Shown: piece after piece, positions 1-9,186 of the stretch
How positions within the stretch are numbered: the stretch's first letter is position 1
Layout: the number at the start of each line of letters is the position of its first letter
Virus record (IMG/VR): IMGVR_UViG_3300043015_001816
Span: 1-54,546 of that record
DNA length: 54,546 nucleotides
Direction: 5' to 3' (one strand)
Origin: a virus
Lineage: Duplodnaviria; Caudoviricetes
The notes under the pieces: generated by a model
What the model was told of the DNA's origin: nothing
Seen by the model: the letters and a program-made list of their open reading frames with translations, nothing else
Databases searched by the model: none
Translations under genes and position numbers: made by a program

Positions 1-384
1 CCTACTATAAGAAAAGTGACTGATTCAAATCTAACGCCTAGTTTGTCTTCTGATGACGATAGTTATTTATTATTGCAAAATGGGTCAATAACCGTATCAG
101 GAACAACAGACCCTAATAGAAATGTAATTATTGCTTCTGCCGTTTCTGGATTTGGAGCAAACGATACTTTGATTTTAGAAGAGTCTGACGGCACTATATA
201 TAAAGGAATCATAACAAACGTAAGCGGAACAAACCCTGTGACTATAGCTGTAGATTTTACAGGTGAACCAGATGGTATTCCAGATGCATCAACAGATGCA
301 GCAACATATCCAGTTGTAAAAATAACAGATAGAGTTGGTGAATTTAAAGCATTACTACCAACTGTTTTCCTTAGAATTAAATAA
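1..384 (+). CDS. 3' part of a probable tail/structural protein (5' truncated by the window)
   Basis: Frame 1 is open from base 1 to TAA at 382-384; T/S/G/D-rich beta-type composition. Confidence 0.55.
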   Translation, partial: PTIRKVTDSNLTPSLSSDDDSYLLLQNGSITVSGTTDPNRNVIIASAVSGFGANDTLILEESDGTIYKGIITNVSGTNPVTIAVDFTGEPDGIPDASTDAATYPVVKITDRVGEFKALLPTVFLRIK

Positions 385-442
385 ACTAACAAAACAAGAA
401 TGTGTTTATCTTTTAATACAACATTCCATTAAATAAAATAAA

Positions 443-661
443 TTGAAATACATTAGAAAGATATCAGTAGGTGCTGATTACAAAAACGCCATGCACTATA
501 TTGTTGGTCAAGAAGTACTTGGAGGCTCTTATGTTATAAATGACATAAGTCAGGAAAAAAACGGGTATTCCATTTGGGTTAAAAAAGATGGAGAAGTCAT
601 TAAGTGGAAAGAAGTATCCAATATTCCATTAATCATTGAATACAATCTTAACGTATTATGA
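443..661 (+). CDS. Conserved small phage protein (TTG start)
   Basis: A-rich leader; IRKISVG-DYK-AMHY-VGQEV pattern recalled from Bacteroidota phages; ATGA overlap with the next gene. Confidence 0.7.
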   Translation: MKYIRKISVGADYKNAMHYIVGQEVLGGSYVINDISQEKNGYSIWVKKDGEVIKWKEVSNIPLIIEYNLNVL

Positions 662-1203
662 CTCCGAGGTGGAAGTATTTAATATCCCCACAAGGAGAAG
701 AGTACAATAATCACAAAGACTTTGCTGGGGAGTCTTTTATAGTGAACACATCTATAGAAGACGCTAAGTATGTGAACAGAGTTGGAGTTGTTAAAGCATC
801 ACCACTTGATTCTGAGATTCCTATTGGAAGCTTAGTCATTGTTCATCACAATGTATTCAGGACTTACTTAGATATAAAAGGCAATAAAAGAAAAAGTAAT
901 GAATACTTTAGAGACGGATTGTATTTAGTTGATGACAGTAGAATATACATGTATAATGATGGAAGCGGTTGGAAGTGTACTAAAGAATATGTTTTTGTCT
1001 CTCCTGTTAATCACATTCAGGATGATGAGATTCATAGATCAGACAAGAAGGAGGAGGAGCATGTGGGAGTTATAGTGCATGGATCAATATATCATAAAGG
1101 GACTAGAGTTGGATTCACAAAAAACTCGGAGTATGAGTTTGAGATAGAAGATAATAAGATGTATAGAATGCAAGTTAAAGATATTTGTCTTAAATTTATA
1201 TAA
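658..1203 (+). CDS. GroES-like protein with two tandem OB/GroES-type halves
   Basis: Two similar halves (RVGVVKASP...IPIGSLVIV and HVGVIVHG...HKGTRVGF...EIEDNKMYRM) match the GroES beta-barrel pattern. Confidence 0.55.
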   Translation: MTPRWKYLISPQGEEYNNHKDFAGESFIVNTSIEDAKYVNRVGVVKASPLDSEIPIGSLVIVHHNVFRTYLDIKGNKRKSNEYFRDGLYLVDDSRIYMYNDGSGWKCTKEYVFVSPVNHIQDDEIHRSDKKEEEHVGVIVHGSIYHKGTRVGFTKNSEYEFEIEDNKMYRMQVKDICLKFI

Positions 1204-1293
1204 ATGGGAAAGTCATTAAACAGAAGGGGAAAGTATAGCCATTGTACAAGAGCGCAGAAAAATGGTAAGAATAAACCCGCTAAGAAAAAATAA
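1204..1293 (+). CDS. 29-aa basic peptide (not in ORF track)
   Basis: ATG directly after the previous stop; MGKSLNRRGKYSHCTRAQKNGKNKPAKKK. Confidence 0.5.
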   Translation: MGKSLNRRGKYSHCTRAQKNGKNKPAKKK

Positions 1294-1309
1294 CTATAAT
1301 TAAATTAAA

Positions 1310-1534
1310 ATGAGTAAAGACTCAATTAACGTGAAGTCTAATGGACTTCGCAACGAACTGAAAGAGATACGTAAAAGTATCGACAAACTTACTAACGCCA
1401 TTATTATGGCACAAACAAACAAACGCTATGAAAAAAGCTACAATCACCATATTACTTATCCTTCTGACGGGATGCAGTGGATACACAGCAGCACTACTGG
1501 AGGGAAAGAAACTGGAATTCCAAATGATGACTAA
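1310..1534 (+). CDS. Hypothetical protein with N-terminal coiled coil
   Basis: A-rich leader (aattaaattaaaATG); heptad pattern LRNELKEIRKSIDKLTNAI. Confidence 0.6.
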   Translation: MSKDSINVKSNGLRNELKEIRKSIDKLTNAIIMAQTNKRYEKSYNHHITYPSDGMQWIHSSTTGGKETGIPNDD

Positions 1535-1631
1535 AGATGTCTGTAGGGATAACAAGCATGAGGTTAAGTTAGCACAAAATTTATGGAGAGAGATGTTTCG
1601 AAACAACCCTCAGATGTACGAAAGACAATAG
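1428..1631 (+). CDS. Small lipoprotein
   Basis: MKK, a hydrophobic stretch and the lipobox LTGC; overlaps both neighbours. Confidence 0.65.
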   Translation: MKKATITILLILLTGCSGYTAALLEGKKLEFQMMTKDVCRDNKHEVKLAQNLWREMFRNNPQMYERQ

Positions 1632-1906
1632 AAAGAGTTATAAGTGCTGGAGAAAGAGCTGTTGAAGAACTTATAAAGGTTGCTGAAGAAGAAATCATAA
1701 CAGGTAAGCCTGATGATGAGTTAGCCGCTGACAGATTGAAGAATGCTGCGGCAACTAAAAAGCTTGCAATATTTGACGCCTTCGAAATACTACAGAGGAT
1801 AGAGAACGAAAGAGAAAAGCTTAATGGCACGGACGAACCTGAAACAAGTAAAGGAAAAGATAAAGGATTCCAAAGTTTCGCAGAATCTAGGGGAAGACAG
1901 TCTTAG
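1583..1906 (+). CDS. Terminase small subunit (putative)
   Basis: Helical protein directly upstream of TerL; DELAADRLKNAAATKKLAIFDAFEIL motif. Confidence 0.6.
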   Translation: MERDVSKQPSDVRKTIERVISAGERAVEELIKVAEEEIITGKPDDELAADRLKNAAATKKLAIFDAFEILQRIENEREKLNGTDEPETSKGKDKGFQSFAESRGRQS

Positions 1907-4103
1907 CCTTTGTCGCAAATTATCTGACATTGTTCCCGACTCTATTATTAAAAGGAACAATAAACTCAAGAAGTGGGAGTATGGATATAATAAGGATTAT
2001 AACATAATTATTATATCTAAAGATGGAACTTTAGGTGATGTTATTGAGATTCAAAATCTAAAAATAGGATTACCTTTGCAGCCGAAAACTACATACTCAA
2101 GGAGTGAAAAACAATCAGATCAGTATTGGGAACCAAGCGAATATCCAAAAGAACTTCAAAAGATTAAAAGCATTTTTCAATGGAATGAATATCCATCTTC
2201 ATTTAAAGAGTCTTGGATATTATATATTGAATCTGAATTTGAGAAAAGAGAGAATGGTTTTTGGTTTAAGAATAATGGTCATTCTACTTATATTACCGGC
2301 TCTCATTACATGTATCTCCAGTGGACCAAGATTGATGTTGGGCACCCAGAGTTTAGGGAATCAAACAGATTATTCTATATATTCTGGGAGGCATGCAAAG
2401 CTGATATCAGATGCTTTGGAATGTGCTACCTCAAAAACAGACGGTCTGGCTTTAGCTTCATGTCATCATCAGAAGCTGTTAATCAAGCCACCATTACTTC
2501 AGATGCTAGATTCGGCATCTTATCAAAAACAGGCTCTGATGCTAAGAAAATGTTTACAGATAAAGTTGTTCCAATATCCACAAACTATCCATTCTTCTTT
2601 AAACCAATACAAGACGGGATGGACAGGCCAAAGACAGAGCTTGCTTACAGAGTGCCAGCATCAAAGCTTACAAGGAAATCAATCGAGCAATCTAACACCG
2701 AAGATCTTACTGGGCTTGACACCACTATTGATTGGAAGAACACCGGAGATAACTCTTACGATGGCGAGAAGTTGCGACTCCTTGTCCATGATGAGTCTGG
2801 GAAGTGGGAAAGACCCGATAATATCCTCAACAACTGGAGAGTCACTAAAACTTGTCTTCGACTAGGTAGAAAAATTATTGGCAAGTGCATGATGGGATCA
2901 ACATCGAACGCCTTGGATAAGGGAGGGGACAACTTCAAAAAATTATATAGATCTTCTGACGTTACTGATCGTAATTCTAACGGACAAACAAAAAGTGGAA
3001 TGTATAATTTATTTATTCCAATGGAGTGGAATATGGAGGGGTTCATAGACAAGTATGGTCAACCTGTATTTAGGACTCCAGAGATTCCAGTGGAAGGTAT
3101 AGATGGAATGGATATAGATATAGGGGTCGTAGATTATTGGAATAATGAAGTGGAGTCCTTAAAGAACGACGCTGATGCTCTTAATGAATTTTACAGACAG
3201 TTTCCTAGAACAGAGAACCATGCTTTTAGGGACGAGTCTAAAAATACTCTTTATAATTTAAGCAGGATATACGAGCAGATAGATCATAACGATGGAATAG
3301 AAGGCCAAAGAGTTGTCCAAAAAGGAAACTTTTCTTGGAAAGATGGAAGAAAAGATACAGAAGTTATATGGACTCCAAATCCAAAGGGAAAGTTTTATGT
3401 AACATGGATACCTCCATTGGAACTTAGAAATAGAACTATAAATAGAAATGGCATAAAGTATCCTGGAAATGAACATATTGGTGCATTCGGATGTGATAGC
3501 TACGATATCTCTGGAACAGTAGGAGGGGGAGGGTCTAATGGGGCTTTACACGGATTGACTAAAGTTAATTTTGATGGACCATCAAATATGTTTTTTTTGG
3601 AATACATAAGCAGACCGCAGACCGCTGAAATATTTTATGAGGATGTGTTGATGGCGTGTGTATTTTATGGCATGCCAGTACTTGCGGAAAACAACAAACC
3701 AAGATTATTATACCATTTTAAGAACAGAGGATATAGAGGATTTAGTTTATCGAGACCAGATAAACATAAAAACGATTTATCAAAAGCAGAAAAAGAACTA
3801 GGAGGAATACCATCTTCTTCTGCCGTAATATCAATTCATGCCGAAGCTATTGAATCTTATATAGAAAAAAACGTTGGCTTTTCTGATTCTGGGTCTGGCA
3901 ACATGTACTTTACTAGGACTTTACTTGATTGGGCAAACTACGATATAAATAATAGAACTAAGTTTGACGCCACTGTTAGTTCTGGTTTTGCAATTATGGC
4001 TAATAACAAATATGTAAACAAACCACCAAAAACTGTTAAAGAAATAAATGTTACCTTTGCAAAGTACAATAATGGTGGAATAACTAGTACAATACTGAGA
4101 TAG
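1824..4103 (+). CDS. terL: Terminase large subunit
   Basis: Walker A variant KNRRSGFS, Walker B LLVHDESGK, motif III GSTS, RNase H-like nuclease GCDSYD...ENN...FDATV; upstream of portal. Start codon uncertain. Confidence 0.92.
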   Translation: MARTNLKQVKEKIKDSKVSQNLGEDSLSLCRKLSDIVPDSIIKRNNKLKKWEYGYNKDYNIIIISKDGTLGDVIEIQNLKIGLPLQPKTTYSRSEKQSDQYWEPSEYPKELQKIKSIFQWNEYPSSFKESWILYIESEFEKRENGFWFKNNGHSTYITGSHYMYLQWTKIDVGHPEFRESNRLFYIFWEACKADIRCFGMCYLKNRRSGFSFMSSSEAVNQATITSDARFGILSKTGSDAKKMFTDKVVPISTNYPFFFKPIQDGMDRPKTELAYRVPASKLTRKSIEQSNTEDLTGLDTTIDWKNTGDNSYDGEKLRLLVHDESGKWERPDNILNNWRVTKTCLRLGRKIIGKCMMGSTSNALDKGGDNFKKLYRSSDVTDRNSNGQTKSGMYNLFIPMEWNMEGFIDKYGQPVFRTPEIPVEGIDGMDIDIGVVDYWNNEVESLKNDADALNEFYRQFPRTENHAFRDESKNTLYNLSRIYEQIDHNDGIEGQRVVQKGNFSWKDGRKDTEVIWTPNPKGKFYVTWIPPLELRNRTINRNGIKYPGNEHIGAFGCDSYDISGTVGGGGSNGALHGLTKVNFDGPSNMFFLEYISRPQTAEIFYEDVLMACVFYGMPVLAENNKPRLLYHFKNRGYRGFSLSRPDKHKNDLSKAEKELGGIPSSSAVISIHAEAIESYIEKNVGFSDSGSGNMYFTRTLLDWANYDINNRTKFDATVSSGFAIMANNKYVNKPPKTVKEINVTFAKYNNGGITSTILR
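4052..4059 (+). promoter_or_regulatory. Bacteroidota -7 promoter element upstream of portal
   Basis: TACCTTTG matches TAnnTTTG, about 50 nt before the ATG at 4111. Confidence 0.55.
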
Positions 4104-4110
4104 ATAATTT

Positions 4111-6513
4111 ATGAACGGAGTTCAAACAAGGAACGTTGTTGGCTTTCCAGATCAGCTCGCTTCTGATGCTGAAAAAGCATCTAAAGAGTATGGGTTAATT
4201 GTTGCCCGAGCAATAGAATCTGAATGGTTCAGAAAGGAAAGTGGTACATCAAGATTTTATAATAATAGAGATACATATCATAAGCTTAGAACTTATGCTA
4301 TGGGAGAGCAGTCTGTTCAAAAATATAAAGACGAGCTTGCAGTCAATGGGGATATATCGTACTTAAATTTAGATTGGACCCCTGTTCCTGTAATACCTAA
4401 GTTTGTAGACATTGTTGTTAATGGAATGCAAAATAGGCTTTATGATGTAATGGTAGACGCTGTTGATTCATTGTCCTCAAACAAAAAAGCTATGTACAAA
4501 TTAAAACTACAGGCTGAAATGAGGAACAAAGAAGGTCTGCAAGAAATACAAGCAATTACCGGAAAGGATATGTTCGATCAAGATCCTTCGACTCTTCCTC
4601 AAAGCGCAGACGAATTAGAACTTCATCTTCAGTTGAACTACAAAGACGACATTGAGATAGCTCAAGAGAAAGCTATTGAGAATGTTTTGAAGATGAATAA
4701 CTATGAGCAGATTAGAAATAAAGTTGATGAAGATCAAACAACTTTAGGCATCTCTTCCGTCAAACATTCTTTTAATATTCATGACGGGATTAAAGTTGAT
4801 TATGTGGATCCAGCTAATTTAATATGGAGCCCTACAGAAGATCAAGACTTTGAAGATTGCTACTACTTTGGAGAAGTTAAAAATGTAAATATTACGGAGC
4901 TAAAAAAAATAGACCCATCTCTAACCCAAGAAGATATTAAAGAGATATCTAAGATGTCATCTAAATGGGATGCTTATCAAGGAATCAGAGGGGGATATAA
5001 AACAGATAACTTTGATCACAACACAGCAACATTGCTGTACTTCTGTTACAAGACGGATAAGAACATCGTATACAAGAAAAAGAAAACACCTCAAGGAGGA
5101 GAAAAGGTGCTTAAAAAAGACGATCAATTCAACCCACCAAAAACAGAGAAAGCTAGATTTGAAAAACTTTCTAAAAGAATTGACGTATGGTACGAAGGTG
5201 TACTTGTTCTAGGAACAAATCACATTTTAAAATGGGACTTAATGAAGAACATGGTTCGTCCCAAATCATCAATGAGCAAAGCGGTTGCTCCTTATATTGT
5301 AAGTGCTCCAAAAATGTACAGGGGACAAGTGGATTCACTGGTAAAAAGAATGATTCCATTTGCTGATCAAATACAGTTAATACACTTAAAGCTTCAGCAA
5401 GTAACGGCTAAGATGATTCCAGATGGAGTCTATATGGATATTGACGGACTAAGTTCAATTAACCTTGGCAACGGAGCGACTTACACTCCTCAAGAAGCAT
5501 TGAATCTTTATTTCCAAACTGGATCTGTTATAGGTAGATCTTTCACAGAAGAAGGAGAGTTTAATCATGGAAAGATGCCTATTCAAGAATTAACTTCTTC
5601 TGGGGCTAATGCAAAGATATCTTCTTTGATAAATATGTATAACTACAATCTAGGAATGATCAGGTCTGCAACTGGATTAAATGAAGCTAGAGATGGTTCT
5701 ATGCCTGATTCTAATTCTTTAGTTGGAATACAAAAGATGGCTGCCCTTAACTCTAACACTGCTACTAGGCACATACTAAGGTCCGGTTTAAATACCACTA
5801 GAAGATTAGCCGAAGGGATTACTTATAGGATGTCTGACGTATTAGAATATTCACAGTTTAAGGAAGACTTTGCGAAATCAATTGGAAGATACAGCATGGA
5901 GATTTTGAAAGAAATTAAAGATCTTCATCATCATGATTTCGGAATATACATCGAGCTTCATCCTGATGAAGAAGAAAGAGCGGTTCTTGAGCAACACATA
6001 AATACTTCTTTATCACAAGGTAAGATTGACATTGATGATGCTATAGATATCAGAAATGTAAGAAATGTAAAAATAGCCTCTCAACTTTTAAAAGTAAGAA
6101 AGCAAAGCAGAGAAAGAGACGCAAGGAAACAGCAACAAGAAAACATTCAACAACAAGCTGAAGCAAATCAAAGTGCGTCAATGGCTGCTGAGCAAGCCAA
6201 GCAACAAAGGGAGATGGCTAAAAAGCAAGCTGAAATGGAGCTAATGAAAATGGAGTCTGACCTTAAATTGTTAGAGATGGAAAAAGAGTTTGCATTAAAG
6301 CTACGGCTTATACAGGCTCAAAAATCTTTAGAAGGAAATATTCAGGGGATGCAAGTTCAAGGTCAGTTAGCTAAAGAGAAGTATAGAGAAGACAGAAAAG
6401 ACAAAAGGACTGCTAAGCAGGCAACTCAACAATCGAAACTTATTCAACAAAGGCAACAGGACTTAGATCCAATAGACTTTGATGGTCAAGATTTATTAAG
6501 CACTGATTATTAA
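4111..6513 (+). CDS. Portal protein
   Basis: 800 aa after TerL; LNLDWTPVPVIPKFVDIVVNG motif of crAss-like portals; long Q/E/K coiled-coil C-terminal barrel. Confidence 0.88.
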   Translation: MNGVQTRNVVGFPDQLASDAEKASKEYGLIVARAIESEWFRKESGTSRFYNNRDTYHKLRTYAMGEQSVQKYKDELAVNGDISYLNLDWTPVPVIPKFVDIVVNGMQNRLYDVMVDAVDSLSSNKKAMYKLKLQAEMRNKEGLQEIQAITGKDMFDQDPSTLPQSADELELHLQLNYKDDIEIAQEKAIENVLKMNNYEQIRNKVDEDQTTLGISSVKHSFNIHDGIKVDYVDPANLIWSPTEDQDFEDCYYFGEVKNVNITELKKIDPSLTQEDIKEISKMSSKWDAYQGIRGGYKTDNFDHNTATLLYFCYKTDKNIVYKKKKTPQGGEKVLKKDDQFNPPKTEKARFEKLSKRIDVWYEGVLVLGTNHILKWDLMKNMVRPKSSMSKAVAPYIVSAPKMYRGQVDSLVKRMIPFADQIQLIHLKLQQVTAKMIPDGVYMDIDGLSSINLGNGATYTPQEALNLYFQTGSVIGRSFTEEGEFNHGKMPIQELTSSGANAKISSLINMYNYNLGMIRSATGLNEARDGSMPDSNSLVGIQKMAALNSNTATRHILRSGLNTTRRLAEGITYRMSDVLEYSQFKEDFAKSIGRYSMEILKEIKDLHHHDFGIYIELHPDEEERAVLEQHINTSLSQGKIDIDDAIDIRNVRNVKIASQLLKVRKQSRERDARKQQQENIQQQAEANQSASMAAEQAKQQREMAKKQAEMELMKMESDLKLLEMEKEFALKLRLIQAQKSLEGNIQGMQVQGQLAKEKYREDRKDKRTAKQATQQSKLIQQRQQDLDPIDFDGQDLLSTDY

Positions 6514-6538
6514 GCTTTTACAAAAGTTTAATTATTCG

Positions 6539-6546
6539 TAATTTTG
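6539..6546 (+). promoter_or_regulatory. -7 promoter element for scaffold/capsid operon
   Basis: TAATTTTG in the intergenic gap, followed by an A/T-rich leader. Confidence 0.65.
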
Positions 6547-6569
6547 TAAACTAATTTAATTTAAATAAA

Positions 6570-7754
6570 ATGGAAGATTTCAAAGTTTATGCTTTGGATG
6601 ATGAGGGAAACAGAATAGAGACTCAACAGCCTGAAGCAGAACAAACACAAGATGAAGTTCGGGAGCCTAGTCAAGAAATTGCTACGGAAACTGAAAGTTT
6701 AGAAACAAAAAATGAAGATGGGATACTACAGCAAACCGAAGAGCAAACCCAAACCGAAGAGCAAAGCCAAACCGAAGAGCAAGGCCAAGCCGAAACCGAA
6801 GAAAAAATATTAACTGAGGAACCAGATAGAGATGACAATTGGTTTCTGAGTAAATTAAAAGAAAGATACGAAGTGGAGCTAGGCTCCATGGACGATCTTA
6901 AAAACGTTCTTTCAAATACCGAAAAAGAAAGTCTTCCCGAAGACGTTGAGAAGTATTTGCAATACAAGAAAGAGACCGGAAGGTCATTTAGTGATTTTGC
7001 TGAACTTCAAAAAGATTGGGCGTCTGTTTCAGATGCTGATGTAATTCGTCAGTATTACGAGCAAACTAAACCACATTTAGATCGGGGAGACATAGAGCAT
7101 ATTTTAAGTGAACAATTTTCTTATGATGAAGAGTTAGATGATGATAAGGAAGTTAAAGCTAAAAAGATTGCTTATAAAGAAGCATTGTATGAAGCTAGAA
7201 ATCATTTTGAAGGCCTGAAGGAAAAATACAAGGCGCCACTAGAGTCTAGTGAGGCTGATATTCCTGATGCTTACAAAGAGGCGTTTAGCTTTTATGATGA
7301 ATATAAAACTAAATCTGAAAAGGATTCTGTTATTCAGAAAAAACAAGCTTCTCATTTCACTGAGAAAACTAATGCTTTGTTTTCCGAAGAGTTCAAAGGT
7401 TTTGAATTTAACTTGGGAGATTCGAAGAAGGTTTTTAAACCAAGTGATATTGAGAAAGTTAAGTCCGCTCAGAGCAATGTTCAAAATTTTATCTCTCAGC
7501 ATTTGAATGAGGATGGACTTTTAAAAGACCCAGCTGCATATCATCGCTCGTTGTTTACGGCGATGAATCCTGATGCCATAGCAAAACATTTTTATGATCA
7601 GGGAAAAGCAGATGCCACTGGAAATATTATTAAGGAAACTAAAAATATAGACATGGGCGTAAGGGAGAATGTTGTTACCGATACGACGGGGACTAAGTTT
7701 AGAGTGGTAGAATCTGATGATCAGTTTGATTTTAAAATTAGAAAAAGAAACTAA
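6570..7754 (+). CDS. Capsid scaffolding protein (putative)
   Basis: Very acidic, disordered N-terminus, helical; lies between portal and capsid genes. Confidence 0.7.
   Translation: MEDFKVYALDDEGNRIETQQPEAEQTQDEVREPSQEIATETESLETKNEDGILQQTEEQTQTEEQSQTEEQGQAETEEKILTEEPDRDDNWFLSKLKERYEVELGSMDDLKNVLSNTEKESLPEDVEKYLQYKKETGRSFSDFAELQKDWASVSDADVIRQYYEQTKPHLDRGDIEHILSEQFSYDEELDDDKEVKAKKIAYKEALYEARNHFEGLKEKYKAPLESSEADIPDAYKEAFSFYDEYKTKSEKDSVIQKKQASHFTEKTNALFSEEFKGFEFNLGDSKKVFKPSDIEKVKSAQSNVQNFISQHLNEDGLLKDPAAYHRSLFTAMNPDAIAKHFYDQGKADATGNIIKETKNIDMGVRENVVTDTTGTKFRVVESDDQFDFKIRKRN
6652..6702 (+). CDS. Candidate overprinted 16-aa amphipathic peptide (+1 frame of scaffold)
   Basis: ATG..TAG encodes MKFGSLVKKLLRKLKV; A-rich upstream sequence. 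Confidence 0.3.
   Translation: MKFGSLVKKLLRKLKV
6712..6813 (+). CDS. Candidate overprinted 33-aa Lys/Pro-rich peptide (+1 frame of scaffold)
   Basis: gaaacaaaaaATG..TAA encodes MKMGYYSKPKSKPKPKSKAKPKSKAKPKPKKKY. Confidence 0.45.
   Translation: MKMGYYSKPKSKPKPKSKAKPKSKAKPKPKKKY
6732..6785 (+). repeat. 18-bp tandem repeat x3
   Basis: caaaccgaagagcaa(acc/agc/ggc), three copies. Confidence 0.9.
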
Positions 7755-7775
7755 AAACCTTAAAACTATTTAAAC

Positions 7776-9113
7776 ATGTCTGTAACAATGACCGGAGTAG
7801 GTGGAGCTTTAACCCCCTCTCCTTCGAAAGCTACGCTTTCAAGTAATTATCTTGGGTCAAGTATTGAATTTACTTCTCAATACCTTCCCGATGTACACGA
7901 AAAAGAATTTGAAAAATACGGAAATCGTTCTGTATCTTCTTTTCTAAGAATGGTAGGAGCTGAAATGCCTTTTGCCTCTGATGTAATTCAGTGGTCTGAG
8001 CAAGGAAGACTTCACCTAGCTGTAACTGGTGCAACTAGAGCTGCTGATGTAATCACCTCTAATGGACACCCTTTCCGAGTAAACCAAACAGTAATTATTT
8101 CTGACGGAACTGACCAGGAAAAAGCCATCATAACTGCGACAACCACAAATACATTTACAGTTGCCTCTTATGAGAATGCGAATCTTGCAGCAGCTATTGC
8201 CACAACTGGCCTTAGTGTATTTGCTTTTGGTTCTGAATTCAAAAAAGGAACTAATGGAATGTCTGGAAGTCTAGAGGCTCCTAAAGATATCCAAACCAAT
8301 AACCCAATTATTATCAAAGATAAATATGAAGTTAATGGTTCTGACTTAGCTCAGATCGGATGGATTGAGGTGACTACTGAAAATGGCGCTACTGGATATC
8401 TATGGTATTTGAAATCAGAGCATGAAACTCGTTTGCGTTTTGAAGATTACCTAGAACTTTCTTTGGTGGAAGGTAGACCTGCTGCAACCTCTTCTGGTGC
8501 TGAAGGAGCTGGATACAAAGGAACTAAAGGTTTGTTCTATGAAATCGAAAACAGAGGTAACATTGCTACTGGTTCAATTCAAGCTAGAACTGACATTGAA
8601 GAACTAATTAAAGTTCTAGATAAAGAAGGAGCTATTCAAGAAAACGTCATGTTCGTTAACAGAACTAAATCTTTCGAGATTGATACTGTTTTGGCTGCTC
8701 AAAATAACTCTGGTGCTTCTACTGCATCTTATGGTTTGTTTGACAACGACGAAAGCATGGCCTTAAATCTTGGATTTATGGGCTTTAACTTGGGATATGA
8801 TTTCTACAAGTCTGATTGGAAATATTTGAATGACGCTACTACAGGAGCTTTAACTGCTGGTGTAGACGGAGTTATTGTACCTGCTGGTACCACCACTATT
8901 TACGATCAAATTCTAGGGAAGAACGCTACTCGTCCTTTCTTACATGTAAAATATCGCAAGTCAGAAGCTGAAGACAGAAAGTATAAGTCTTGGGTAGTTG
9001 GATCCGCTGGAGGAGCTGGAATGTCTAGCGACTTGGATGCAATGCAAGTACACTTCTTGTCTGAGCGTGCACTATGTGTGCTTGGCGCTAACAACTTTAT
9101 CTTGATGAAGTAG
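7776..9113 (+). CDS. Major capsid protein
   Basis: 445 aa after scaffold; QYLPD..EKEFEKYGNRS and WSEQGRLH motifs; biased codon usage; followed by a strong hairpin. Confidence 0.88.
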   Translation: MSVTMTGVGGALTPSPSKATLSSNYLGSSIEFTSQYLPDVHEKEFEKYGNRSVSSFLRMVGAEMPFASDVIQWSEQGRLHLAVTGATRAADVITSNGHPFRVNQTVIISDGTDQEKAIITATTTNTFTVASYENANLAAAIATTGLSVFAFGSEFKKGTNGMSGSLEAPKDIQTNNPIIIKDKYEVNGSDLAQIGWIEVTTENGATGYLWYLKSEHETRLRFEDYLELSLVEGRPAATSSGAEGAGYKGTKGLFYEIENRGNIATGSIQARTDIEELIKVLDKEGAIQENVMFVNRTKSFEIDTVLAAQNNSGASTASYGLFDNDESMALNLGFMGFNLGYDFYKSDWKYLNDATTGALTAGVDGVIVPAGTTTIYDQILGKNATRPFLHVKYRKSEAEDRKYKSWVVGSAGGAGMSSDLDAMQVHFLSERALCVLGANNFILMK

Positions 9114-9121
9114 TTTGATTG

Positions 9122-9162
9122 GATAGGCTGGGGGCTTCGGCCCCCATTACCTGTCATTTTTT
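9122..9162 (+). terminator. Stem-loop/terminator after capsid gene
   Basis: tgggggc-TTCG-gccccca with outer gatagg/cctgtc pairing, then T6. Confidence 0.75.
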
Positions 9163-9186
9163 GATTTTAATTTAATACTTAATAAA

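Noticed and set aside
2104-2865. 253-aa alternative-frame ORF inside terL
   Set aside because: No recognisable motif or leader; it overlies the conserved ATPase core and is probably a shadow.
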